From an uncultured Sphingomonas sp. (GTDB lineage: Bacteria; Pseudomonadota; Alphaproteobacteria; Sphingomonadales; Sphingomonadaceae), in assembly GCF_902806285.1 (NCBI RefSeq), contig NZ_CADCWA010000057.1, positions 11,079 through 75,078 on the forward strand: a stretch of DNA of 64,000 bases. Reading direction: 5' to 3'. A model generated the notes under the pieces. The model had not been told where the DNA came from and made no database searches. It was given only the letters and a program-made list of their open reading frames with translations. The translations under genes were made by a program, and so were the position numbers. Shown here piece by piece: positions 18,087 to 26,697 of the stretch. The stretch's first letter is position 1, and every line of letters begins with the position of its first letter.

Positions 18087-18596
18087 TTGTTGCCTTCCGT
18101 TCTTGCCGGTACACTCGTTCTGGCTGCGACCCTTTTCAGCGCCGACCCGGAGCCGATCCCCGTCGCTCCGTGGGTAAGCACATCTATAGCTATCGTTCAG
18201 CGTAGTGGCGCGATCAGCCATTGTACGCAGGAACGTTCGCCGCTTGCGCCCGAGCGTTCCGTTAGCTGCGGCTCGCGCAGCTTCGGGCTGATACGGAGAG
18301 CTGCCAAACTGTTTGCCGAGCGGGACTGGCCAATTACTGTCCGCGCATCTGTCCGGATGATGCCATCAGGCGCCGCCTTGTCTCAAGTGCCGCCCGGTGG
18401 AAAGCTGCTCCTCCAGCTGGCTGTGGACCTTCGTATCGGACCCGACGGCAAGTTGGCCGACTGCAGGACGGTCAAGCTGGTAAGGCCGCCCGGTGACAAC
18501 TCCCGAGCTCCGGATTGCCACCTTCTCAACGGGCCTTTTTTGCCGATCGACGGGCCGGTAACCAGCCGGTGCCTTCCGCGGCAAGGCTGGAGCTGA
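18087..18596 (+). CDS. Hypothetical protein with a degenerate TonB C-terminal-like segment (possibly decayed)
   Basis: Signal-like N-terminus, VDLRIGPDGKLADCR; atypical codon usage, TTG start. Confidence 0.4.
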   Translation: MLPSVLAGTLVLAATLFSADPEPIPVAPWVSTSIAIVQRSGAISHCTQERSPLAPERSVSCGSRSFGLIRRAAKLFAERDWPITVRASVRMMPSGAALSQVPPGGKLLLQLAVDLRIGPDGKLADCRTVKLVRPPGDNSRAPDCHLLNGPFLPIDGPVTSRCLPRQGWS

Positions 18597-18617
18597 TGAT
18601 TGTGGGGCTGCCCTGAC

Positions 18618-18650
18618 AAAAAAGGGCGGCAGGATCTCTCCCGCCGCCCT
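18618..18650 (-). terminator. Intrinsic terminator
   Basis: Minus strand AGGGCGGCGGGAGAGATCCTGCCGCCC-TTTTTT. Confidence 0.75.
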
Positions 18651-18671
18651 CGTTGCCTCCTCGCGGAGAGC

Positions 18672-19112
18672 TTAGTCGAGCATGCTGGCGGGCACCTTGC
18701 CCCCGGACTGGGCGAGTTGCTTCATCGTGGCTTTGTGGAGCCAGATGTTCATCTCCGCGCTGCCGTTCAATTCGCCGGTGTAGCCGAGCTCCTGAGCGAG
18801 TTCCTTGCGGTTTTCGAGGCTGGAGTCGATGCCAAGCAGCTTCATCAGGTCGACGATGGAGGTCTTATAGTTGAGGTCCGGATTGCCCTTCTGCTGGGCG
18901 ATCTGGGACAGCACCTGCTCGACGTCGACCTGCTGGCCGCCGCCGCCCTGCTGGGCCTGACCGGCTCCACCCTGCTGGAACTGCGGCTGCTGGCCTTGAG
19001 CCTGCCCGGCCGGCGGGCCGCCGGCCATCCCCGCGGGGATGGTCGGCCGGTTGCCGGGCCCGGGGTCCTTGTGGCCGAAGATGGCGCCCTTGATCTTATC
19101 GAAGATGCCCAT
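18672..19112 (-). CDS. DUF3597 family protein
   Basis: MGIFDKIKGAIFG...LNYKTSIVDLMKLLGIDSSLENRKELAQELGY...MNIWLHK. Confidence 0.9.
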   Translation of the reverse strand: MGIFDKIKGAIFGHKDPGPGNRPTIPAGMAGGPPAGQAQGQQPQFQQGGAGQAQQGGGGQQVDVEQVLSQIAQQKGNPDLNYKTSIVDLMKLLGIDSSLENRKELAQELGYTGELNGSAEMNIWLHKATMKQLAQSGGKVPASMLD

Positions 19113-19117
19113 GTGCC

Positions 19118-19567
19118 TCAGGCCTCCAGCCCGTGCTTGAGGTCGCGCACGCGGTCGTGGCCCTGGCGCACGGACTGGTAGGCGCGCTCGATCACCGAGC
19201 GGCTCTCCGGCGGCAGGTCCGAGCCGCCCAGCGCCGTCTCGAACTTCTCCTTGAGATAGTCCTCGCCGCGCTCGACCTCGTTGATGATCGACTTGTCGTC
19301 GCGGCCGGTGATCGCCGACTTGAGGTCGACGAAGCGCTGGTGGGTGGCGCCCAGGAAGCTCCCGTCGTCCGGCGGGTTGCCGCCCAAGCGGCGGACCTCG
19401 GCGCGCAGGTCCTCGGCGACCTGGCTGCGCTCGTCGGCCATCTGCCGGAACAGCTGCTGGAACTGGCTGCCTTCCGCGTTCTGGGCCGCGTCGCGATAAC
19501 CGTTGATGCTGTCGATGAGGGTGGTGGTGAGGGTCTCCAGCGTACCTACGCCCGCAGTGTCTGCCAT
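19118..19567 (-). CDS. PA2169-family ferritin-like four-helix-bundle protein
   Basis: LIDSINGY..AA, LGGNP...GS..G..HQ.FVDLKS, EVERGEDY; AAGGAG RBS. Confidence 0.9.
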   Translation of the reverse strand: MADTAGVGTLETLTTTLIDSINGYRDAAQNAEGSQFQQLFRQMADERSQVAEDLRAEVRRLGGNPPDDGSFLGATHQRFVDLKSAITGRDDKSIINEVERGEDYLKEKFETALGGSDLPPESRSVIERAYQSVRQGHDRVRDLKHGLEA

Positions 19568-19605
19568 GGCCGTTCTCCTTGATGGTGATGTATCGATGCC
19601 GCAAC

Positions 19606-19630
19606 AACGCGGTCGCGCCCGGCAGGTTCG
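19606..19630 (-). promoter_or_regulatory. EcfG-type promoter
   Basis: Minus strand CGAAC-N16-CGTT upstream of the PA2169/DUF3597 operon. Confidence 0.5.
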
Positions 19631-19705
19631 CGTGGGCAGGGATTTTTTCGACGGAGCGAACCATCGAAGTGCCGGGCTGACGAGGGGGGGCGGCGTGATA
19701 GCCAG

Positions 19706-20524
19706 ATGGGCATGAAACGACCGAGCAGATGGGCCGCGGTGGCGGCGATCGCGGGGGTCCTCCCGCAAGGAGCGACGGCGGCCCCACCGGAGCCTACCGG
19801 CAAGTGGGTGGTGAACTTCGAACCGGCACAGTGCATCGCCTCGCGGAGCTATGGCACCGAAGAGGAGCCGCTGATGCTGGTCCTGAAGGCGCCGGTGACC
19901 GGCAGTACGCTGCAGCTGTTTGTGATCCGGAAGGGTCGAAAAGGCAGCGCGGCAGAGCAGCTGAAGGGCGGACTTGCGATCGCTGGTGAAGCGAAAGCCG
20001 GTTTATCCGTGCTCGCCTATTCGCCCAAAGGGGAAGCCCGCCGGGTGTTTCTCTTCAACCTGCCGCGTGACTCCGTAGCCGCCTGGCCGAGCAAGGGCTC
20101 GCTGGAGGTGCGGGCAGGTGCCAGCATCCGGGAGGGTTTCGCCCTGTCGGGCCTTCAGCCGCTTTTGAAGATCATGGACAAGTGCGTGGCGGACCTCCGC
20201 GATTACTGGAACTTCAGCGACGAGACGATCGCGTCCAAACACCGGCGGCGGGCGGAGGCGAACCTCATTCGGGTGTTCTCCGCAAACGATTATCCTAGCA
20301 TCAGCCTGCGGGAGGGAGACACGGGCACTGTCCGGGTTGTTCTTCTGGTCGATCCAACCGGCAAGGTCGCGGATTGCAGCCTGGTCGAGACGAGCGGCGT
20401 GGCGGTGCTGGATGCCCAGACCTGCGTGCTGATCCGGGAGCGTGCCCAGCTCCGACCGGCAATAGGTGTTGACGGCAAGCCGGCCAGGGATGTCTTCCTG
20501 CAGCGGGTGACCTGGAGCATGTGA
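19706..20524 (+). CDS. TonB C-terminal domain (energy transducer-like) exported protein
   Basis: DYPSISLREGDTGTVRVVLLVDPTGKVADCSLVETSG..VLDAQTC, RPAIGVDGKP. Confidence 0.8.
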   Translation: MGMKRPSRWAAVAAIAGVLPQGATAAPPEPTGKWVVNFEPAQCIASRSYGTEEEPLMLVLKAPVTGSTLQLFVIRKGRKGSAAEQLKGGLAIAGEAKAGLSVLAYSPKGEARRVFLFNLPRDSVAAWPSKGSLEVRAGASIREGFALSGLQPLLKIMDKCVADLRDYWNFSDETIASKHRRRAEANLIRVFSANDYPSISLREGDTGTVRVVLLVDPTGKVADCSLVETSGVAVLDAQTCVLIRERAQLRPAIGVDGKPARDVFLQRVTWSM

Positions 20525-20679
20525 AGCACAAGCGGGCTTCGGGCGCCCATGGACCGGCCTTGCCGCGCGGCCCACGCCATGCCACCTGCGCCGTTCGGTC
20601 CGGAGGCGTGACGGATGAGCGAAGTTCAGGGCGGCAGGCTGATCGCGTTCTCGGCGGCCCGCCCGAGCACGCCCGTTCG

Positions 20680-22005
20680 ATGAGCGAGGCGGCCGCCGGG
20701 CGTCCCGCAGCCCAGGACCCGAGCAGCCGCGGGGGCGGCGGAGCGCTGCTGATCCTGGGAGCGCTGGTGATCGGTCTGCTGCTCGGCATTCTGGCGGGCA
20801 ACACGGGCGGTGGCTGGCGCGAGCCGCTGGTGGGGGCGGCGGCGTTGATCGGCGGGCTGTGGCTCGACGCGCTCAAGATGACGGTGATTCCGCTGATCGT
20901 GGCGCTGCTGGTGACCGGCATCGTCGGCGGAGCGGACGCGGCGCGGGCCGGGGGTCTGGCGGCCCGGGCGGTGGCGTGGTTCCTGGGCTTTTATCTCTTC
21001 TCCGCACTGTTCGGCGGGCTCGGCATGCAGGCGCTGACGGCGCTGTTCCCGCTGCCGGGGGAAGGCGCGGACGCTTTACGGGCGGGTCTGGCCAGCGTGG
21101 AACAGCCGGTCAGTTCGGCGGCGGTGCCGGGCGTCGCCGACTTCTTCAAGGCGATCGTTCCCGCCAATCCGGTCGCGGCGGCGGCCAACGACCAGATCCT
21201 GCCGCTGGTGGTCTTCAGCGTGATCTTCGCCTTCGCCCTGAGCCGCGTCGCGGCGGACCGGCGTCGCCCCGCGCTCGCCTTCTTCGAAGCGGTCGGGGAC
21301 GCGATGCTGGTGGTGATCGGTTGGGTGCTGTGGCTGGCGCCGGCCGGGGTGCTCGCCCTGGCGTTCGCGGTTGGGGCTGGAGCGGGCGGTTCGGCGCTGG
21401 GAGCGGTCGCGCATTATGTCGTCCTGATCTCGCTTCTGGGGGTCGGGATCACGGCGGTCGGCTTCCTGATCGCGCTGCTGGTGGCGCGGTTCCGGCCGGG
21501 CGCGTTCGTCCGCGCCATGGCCGGGCCGTCGGCCGTCGCCATTTCCACCCGTTCGTCCCTCGCCTCGCTCCCGGCGATGTTGACGTCCGCGCGCAGCCTG
21601 GGCGTGGACGAAGGCAAGGCGGACGTGGTGCTGCCCCTGGCGGTGGCGTTGTTCCGGGCGACGGGGCCGGCGATGAACGTCGGGGTGGCGATCTATGTCG
21701 CCCATTGGCTGGGAGTCACGGTCACGCCCTGGGCGTTCGCCGCCGGCATTGCAGTGGCGACCCTGGCGTCCGTCGGGTCGGTGAGCCTGCCGGGGCAGGT
21801 CAGCTTCGTGACGTCCATTGCGCCGATCAGCCTGGCCATGGGGGTGCCGATCGAGCCGCTGGCGCTGCTGATCGCGGTGGAGACCATTCCCGATATCTTC
21901 CGCACCTGGGGCAACGTGGTCCTGGATGTGGCGGTCACCGGTGCCGTGGCGCGGCAGGAGGGCGACGCGCTGACGGACGAGCTGCCCGCCGACGCCCGGG
22001 CCTGA
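20680..22005 (+). CDS. Dicarboxylate/amino acid:cation symporter (DAACS)
   Basis: ALKMTVIPLIV, VPANP, STRSSLASLP, DIFRTWGNV..D. Confidence 0.9.
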   Translation: MSEAAAGRPAAQDPSSRGGGGALLILGALVIGLLLGILAGNTGGGWREPLVGAAALIGGLWLDALKMTVIPLIVALLVTGIVGGADAARAGGLAARAVAWFLGFYLFSALFGGLGMQALTALFPLPGEGADALRAGLASVEQPVSSAAVPGVADFFKAIVPANPVAAAANDQILPLVVFSVIFAFALSRVAADRRRPALAFFEAVGDAMLVVIGWVLWLAPAGVLALAFAVGAGAGGSALGAVAHYVVLISLLGVGITAVGFLIALLVARFRPGAFVRAMAGPSAVAISTRSSLASLPAMLTSARSLGVDEGKADVVLPLAVALFRATGPAMNVGVAIYVAHWLGVTVTPWAFAAGIAVATLASVGSVSLPGQVSFVTSIAPISLAMGVPIEPLALLIAVETIPDIFRTWGNVVLDVAVTGAVARQEGDALTDELPADARA

Positions 22006-22012
22006 GCGCCCG

Positions 22013-22081
22013 CCGTTCGTCGGTTCGCCGCCGCCGCGCGGACGTCCGTCGCACCGCCGAGGCCTGCAGGACGCTCGTCGA
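22013..22081 (+). promoter_or_regulatory. Three direct-repeat LytTR (AlgR-like) boxes with 29-bp periodicity
   Basis: CCGTTCGTCGG (22013), ACGTCCGTCGC (22042), ACGCTCGTCGA (22071). Confidence 0.55.
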
Positions 22082-22195
22082 TCATGCTGCGACGGCTCCA
22101 TCGCCTTCCGCTAATCAGCCGGTGCGGCGCGAGGGCAGGACCTTCGGCCCCCCGAAGGGCTCGCGCCGCAACCTTCTTTTCGATGGGACAGGACG

Positions 22196-22303
22196 ATGAA
22201 ACTGATGCTCGCGATGGTGGCGCTTCTAACCAGCACGGCGCTGCTGGTGCCGACAGTGAGTGGCGAGGTCGCCAGCCTTCCGGCCGCGGCGCTGCGGGCC
22301 TGA
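22196..22303 (+). CDS. 35-aa signal-peptide-like small protein
   Basis: GGGACAGGA RBS then MKLMLAMVALLTSTALLVPTVSGEVASLPAAALRA*; below the ORF-track cutoff. Confidence 0.55.
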   Translation: MKLMLAMVALLTSTALLVPTVSGEVASLPAAALRA

Positions 22304-22313
22304 CGGGATTGCC

Positions 22314-23066
22314 TTACCGGCCGGCCATCGCCCGGACGTTGTCGGAGTAGAGCCGCCCCACCGGCTGCTCGGTTCCGTCGGCGAGCCGGGCGATCCAGCG
22401 TCCGGACGGGTTGCGCCCGAAGCCGCGGATGAAGTCGCGGCGGATGATGGCCGACCGGTGCAGCCGGACGAACTCCGCCGGGTCGAGCCCTTCCTCCAGC
22501 GCGCCCATGCTGTGGTGGATGAGCCAGCTGCGCCCACCAACGTGGAGCCGCATATAGTCGCGTTCGGCCGAGACCCGGTCGATGTCGCGGACGGCGATCC
22601 GCACCAGGCCGGACAGGTCGGAGGCCCAGAACTCCTCCAGATAGGGTGAGGTGGACGCCGGGGCCGTGCCGTCCGAGCCCTCCTCGCGCCCGTGCAGATG
22701 GGTTCGGGCACGCATTAGCGCCCGCTCCAGCCGGACCGGATCGACCGGCTTCATCAGATAATCGACCGCCTCCACCTCGAAGGCGGCGACCGCGAACTGG
22801 TCGAAGGCGGTGACGAACACCACCGCGGGAGCGGCCTTGGCCGCGGCCAGCGCGCGGGCGACGTCGATCCCGTCCATGCCGGGCATGGCGACGTCGAGCA
22901 GCAGCAGGTCGGGCGACAGCGCTTCCGCCATCCGCATCGCGCCCTCGCCGTCCGACGCGGTGCCGACGAGGTCCACGCCCGGCGCGCGGGCGAGCAGCAG
23001 CTGGAGACGCTCGGTCGCCAGCGGCTCGTCGTCGACGACGAGCACCTTCAGGGCCCGGTCATCCAT
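22314..23066 (-). CDS. LytTR-family response regulator
   Basis: VVDDEPLA, LLDVAMP, VFVTAFD..AV.AFE..AVDYLMKP, FVRLHRS LytTR domain. Confidence 0.93.
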   Translation of the reverse strand: MDDRALKVLVVDDEPLATERLQLLLARAPGVDLVGTASDGEGAMRMAEALSPDLLLLDVAMPGMDGIDVARALAAAKAAPAVVFVTAFDQFAVAAFEVEAVDYLMKPVDPVRLERALMRARTHLHGREEGSDGTAPASTSPYLEEFWASDLSGLVRIAVRDIDRVSAERDYMRLHVGGRSWLIHHSMGALEEGLDPAEFVRLHRSAIIRRDFIRGFGRNPSGRWIARLADGTEQPVGRLYSDNVRAMAGR

Positions 23067-24303
23067 CGTGGTCGGTCAGCGGCAGGGTCATGGACACTTG
23101 GTAGCCCCCGTCGGCAAGCGGGCCGAAGCTACAGCTCGCGTCGCGGCCGAAGCGGGCGTCGAGCCGCTGGCAGACGTTGGCGAGACCGACCCCGGTGCTG
23201 GCGGGCTGGTGGCGGGCCCGAGGCGACTTGAGCGCGGTGCCGCCGAAGTTGGTGACCTCAAGCTGGAGCCGCCCGGGCTGCGGCGAACGGGCGGCGATGC
23301 GGAGGGTCACCTTGTCCTTAGTCGCGGACACGCCGTACTTGATCCCGTTCTCCACCACCGGCTGCAGGATCAGCGCGGGCAGGCGGGCGACACGCAGTTC
23401 GGGGGGAACGTCGATCTCGACCTTGAGGCGGCGGGGAAAGCGGACCTTCTCGATGTCGAGGTAAAGGCGCTGAAGCTCGATCTCCTCGTCGAGCGTGACG
23501 TCCGCGTTGGGGTCGAGCGACAGGCTGGTGCGGAAAAAGGTGGAAAGCTTCAGGATCATCGATTCTGCTTCCTGGCCGCGCCCGGTCATGACCAGCGAGG
23601 ACAGGCTGTTCAGCGTATTGAACAGGAAGTGCGGGTTGACCTGGTAGCGGAGCGCCCGGACCTGCGCGGACTGAGCGGCGGTTTCGGCAAGGGCCGCGCG
23701 GCGCTGCAGGGCGAGCGCCTGGCGCTGGCTGACCGCAGCGAGGTAGACCGCGCTCCACGCCGCGAAGAAGAACAGCCAGACGACGGCGGTGTCGGCCGCG
23801 AACCGGAACTGGTCCCATTGCTTGAGCTCGTTGAGCTTGGGAATGGTGAGGACCAGCGGGTCGGCGCTGCTGCGCTCGATCCGGACCTGCTGGCCCTTTG
23901 ATACGACGACGAAGCCCTCCCGGGCCTTGAAGCGGAATTCCTCCCGGCTGTCGCGCATGTGGCCTTCGGCGGCGAGCAGCACCCCGGCCATGGCGAGGGA
24001 GGCGAGCACCGAGCCGGCGCCGGCCACCACCGCCTTGCGCCGAAGGTTGGAACCGGGCGCGAGCCAGCCGATCGCGAGGTAGATGACGGCGGTAAGCAGC
24101 GTGCCGGTGAGGAACATCCAGATTTTGTTCTGCAGCACGGTGACCGGGTCGGTGCTGAGGAACGCCCGGGCTACCACCGTCACGATGTAGAAGCCCCAGA
24201 GCAGGGCGACGGTCCGGGCTGCCAGCGTCCAATCGTCGAAGCGGCGCGGCCGCCACTCGGTTGGGCCGTCCAGCATCGCCTCGGCATTGGGATGCATGTT
24301 CAT
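23059..24303 (-). CDS. LytS-family sensor histidine kinase
   Basis: LRYQVNPHFLFNTLNSL, LILQPVVENGIKYG, GVGLANV..RL; N-terminal TM helices. Confidence 0.92.
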   Translation of the reverse strand: MNMHPNAEAMLDGPTEWRPRRFDDWTLAARTVALLWGFYIVTVVARAFLSTDPVTVLQNKIWMFLTGTLLTAVIYLAIGWLAPGSNLRRKAVVAGAGSVLASLAMAGVLLAAEGHMRDSREEFRFKAREGFVVVSKGQQVRIERSSADPLVLTIPKLNELKQWDQFRFAADTAVVWLFFFAAWSAVYLAAVSQRQALALQRRAALAETAAQSAQVRALRYQVNPHFLFNTLNSLSSLVMTGRGQEAESMILKLSTFFRTSLSLDPNADVTLDEEIELQRLYLDIEKVRFPRRLKVEIDVPPELRVARLPALILQPVVENGIKYGVSATKDKVTLRIAARSPQPGRLQLEVTNFGGTALKSPRARHQPASTGVGLANVCQRLDARFGRDASCSFGPLADGGYQVSMTLPLTDHDG

Positions 24304-24397
24304 GGGCGCTACTTTGCGGCTCGGCGGCGGGGTGCGCAATCCGCATGGGAGCGACCGGCAGAAGCGCTGCGGTCGCCTGTCGAAAAATCCGGGGTGC

Positions 24398-24423
24398 GGA
24401 ACGGCGGCCCGCGGCTATTCGTT
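24398..24423 (+). promoter_or_regulatory. EcfG-type promoter (consensus match)
   Basis: GGAAC-N17-CGTT. Confidence 0.7.
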
Positions 24424-24450
24424 CCCCCGGGCAAAAGGAGCAAGGCTTCC

Positions 24451-24690
24451 ATGCCCGACCAGAACATGACCGATCAACAGGCCTGTCCGCCGCCGGTGCT
24501 GTCCGCTGACCCCGAGCGCGAGCTGGAGCGCAAGCTCAAGAAGAACCCGGACGATCAGGACGCCAAGATCGACGTGGGCAGCGACGAGTCGATGGACGCG
24601 TCCGATCCGCCCGCGGCGGCGCAGCCCGGCCAGTCGGACGAGCCGGTACCCTCTTCCGGCTTCCCGGACAGCGCCAACCGGTCAAGGTGA
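24451..24690 (+). CDS. Small acidic stress-type hypothetical protein
   Basis: AAGGAG RBS; KIDVGSDESMDASDPP motif; EcfG promoter upstream. Confidence 0.7.
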   Translation: MPDQNMTDQQACPPPVLSADPERELERKLKKNPDDQDAKIDVGSDESMDASDPPAAAQPGQSDEPVPSSGFPDSANRSR

Positions 24691-24868
24691 GAAGCTCACC
24701 CGTTGCAAAACGGTGACAGGCGCTTCGCTTTGCGACGGAGCGCTGGCGATATCTGTTGCTGTGTAGGGTTCCCTCTGATTCAATCTGAACGGGGGGCGGG
24801 ACCGTGGTTAAGCCATTCGCAACCAAATCAACGTCATGGTCCTGCCGACGGGTAAAGGAGTCGGGGTC

Positions 24869-25420
24869 ATGAGCACGCGGACCAGCCAGCCTGCCGGAGG
24901 GGCGCTGCTGCTGAGCGAGATCAAGGAATTCGCCGCTTTTCCGAAGGCGACGCAGCGGTACATCCGCCGCTCGCTGGACGTGGCCTACGGGCGCCGCGAC
25001 GCAATCGACTGCTGGGCGCGCGACGAAGGCGAAGCGGCCTCCATCCGGGCGCAGGCGCGCCTCTACAAGCAGCTGGAGAGTCTCCGCCTGCAGGTGCCGG
25101 ACGACAGCGGGCTGGACAGCATCGACCCCTTCATGGGGCTGCTGATCAGCCTGACCGGCTTCGACCTCGGCCAGGACCGCATACCGAACTTCGCCGCCTA
25201 CCGCTTTCTCTACGAGCGGCTCCTGGGCGCGGCGGTGCGGCCGTGGCTGCCGGGCGCGTTCTGCGCGGCGGCGGCGCTGCCCCACCTTCATCCGGACCGA
25301 CGCCGGAGCCTGCTCCAGTCCATCAGCGAGAGCGCGGCCACCGCGCCCGGCTGGTCGAACCGCGAGCCGGTGTTCTGGCCGGAGTGGGTCGAGAAGGTGG
25401 ACCTTCCCGCGGCGGCTTAA
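24869..25420 (+). CDS. Conserved hypothetical protein
   Basis: Strong codon bias, AAGGAG RBS, globular sequence (EFAAFP..TQRYIRRSLDV...FWPEWVEK). Confidence 0.8.
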   Translation: MSTRTSQPAGGALLLSEIKEFAAFPKATQRYIRRSLDVAYGRRDAIDCWARDEGEAASIRAQARLYKQLESLRLQVPDDSGLDSIDPFMGLLISLTGFDLGQDRIPNFAAYRFLYERLLGAAVRPWLPGAFCAAAALPHLHPDRRRSLLQSISESAATAPGWSNREPVFWPEWVEKVDLPAAA

Positions 25421-25427
25421 GCCTTCG

Positions 25428-25622
25428 CGTCACCCCGGCCCGGAGGCGGGGCCTGCCTTGTCCGTCGGCAGCGTCTGTCGGAGCGGCAGCCTAGTTTTCC
25501 GCACGAAGGCACGCAGAAGTAAGTGAAGGCGCGAAGAGGTACGCACTTCTTTGTGCCTTCGTTCTTCGCTTCGTGCCTTCGTGTGAGAAGAAGGCGGACC
25601 CCGGATCAAGTCCGGGGTGACG
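25428..25622. repeat. Composite REP: outer CGTCACCCCGG...CCGGGGTGACG arms enclosing a CACGAAGGCACG...CGTGCCTTCGTG element
   Basis: Two nested inverted-repeat pairs between convergent genes. Confidence 0.75.
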
Positions 25623-25623
25623 A

Positions 25624-26112
25624 TTAGACGGCCAAGCGGATCGACGGGAAGATACGGGCGAGCTCTTCGAGGCTCGCCTTCGCGACCGTGTGATGGACGA
25701 ACGTCCCGCCCGCGTTCTCCCAGGCGGCGCGGTGGGTCAGGCTGTCGTCGACCAGGACATCCGCACCGCTCATGTGGCGATACTTGTCGCGGGCCATGCA
25801 AGTGATGACCGGCACGCCTGGGAAGTGCTCGGCCGCCCAACGCACCTTCTGCGGCGCGGCCCAGTTGCCGATCGGCAAGCCGGTGAGGATGGTCGGCTTG
25901 AGATGCTCCACCGCGTCGAACAGCTCGCGGGCGTCCGGCAGCTCGGGCAGCGTCGAGTAGAAGTCCTTGGCCCGGGCGAGCCGCCGCCAGAACTCGCGCT
26001 TGCCGTGGCGCGCCTCGAAGGTGCGGACGTCGGTGCCGAGGATGCGGCGGGCGCCGGCGTCGAAGTCGGCGAGGACACCGTCACAGTCGAGGAAGAGGTG
26101 GGGTTGGGTCAA
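25624..26112 (-). CDS. HAD-superfamily hydrolase (5'(3')-deoxyribonucleotidase-like)
   Basis: LFLDCDGVLADF, ILTG, K..W, LVDD. Confidence 0.85.
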   Translation of the reverse strand: MTQPHLFLDCDGVLADFDAGARRILGTDVRTFEARHGKREFWRRLARAKDFYSTLPELPDARELFDAVEHLKPTILTGLPIGNWAAPQKVRWAAEHFPGVPVITCMARDKYRHMSGADVLVDDSLTHRAAWENAGGTFVHHTVAKASLEELARIFPSIRLAV

Positions 26113-26122
26113 GAAGTTATCG

Positions 26123-26203
26123 CGTTGTGCTGAGCTCGTCGAAGCACTGTCTTATGCTGATCAGCGTAGAAGGACAGCCCTTCGACAGGCTCAGGGCAAG
26201 CGG
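26123..26203. repeat. REP-like palindrome (CTGAGCTCGTCGAAG...CTTCGACAGGCTCAG type)
   Basis: Imperfect inverted arms in an intergenic region. Confidence 0.75.
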
Positions 26204-26219
26204 ACTTGATGGCGGCATA

Positions 26220-26594
26220 CTAGAACTTCGCCGGTGTCAGCTTGACCGGCACGGGGTGGTCCAGCTCCTTCCAGCCGCGTTCCTTAAGCACGTCATTGCT
26301 CTCGCGAGCGCGGCGGCCTGGCCCCAGCGACCAGGTGATGTGGTAAGTGGAGCCGTCCGGCCGGTCGACGGTGCCGTCGATGGTGACGACCATCGCCTCG
26401 ACGCCGCGTTCGTCGTCCGTGCGGCCGACGATGGAAGCGGTGGCTTCGCGCGGCAGGGGCTTGGTCGCGGCGTTGCTCTCCAGCGTGACATGGTCCGCGA
26501 CGGCATTGGCGTAGCGGGGCGGGTGCTGCTGCAACAGCTCGTCGCGTTGCTGGCGATCGAGCTTCCAGCCGATCACGGTTCCGGGTTTGGCCAT
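26220..26594 (-). CDS. Probable 2H-phosphoesterase-fold protein
   Basis: Two HxT motifs (DHVTL, YHITW). Confidence 0.65.
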   Translation of the reverse strand: MAKPGTVIGWKLDRQQRDELLQQHPPRYANAVADHVTLESNAATKPLPREATASIVGRTDDERGVEAMVVTIDGTVDRPDGSTYHITWSLGPGRRARESNDVLKERGWKELDHPVPVKLTPAKF

Positions 26595-26626
26595 GAGGAA
26601 GAATGTCGCCAGGTCCACCGGGGTTC

Positions 26627-26697
26627 CAGTGCTCCTGCGGGTCAGGGGGCCAGTTCTCCTCCGAAGCTACTGGGCTCCTGCCTTCGCAGGAGCACTG
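26627..26697. repeat. REP-like palindrome (GCTCCTGCG...CGCAGGAGC type) overlapping the Mur ligase stop codon
   Basis: CAGTGCTCCTGCG...CTGGGCTCCTGCCTTCGCAGGAGCACTG; related to 37319-37374. Confidence 0.75.
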
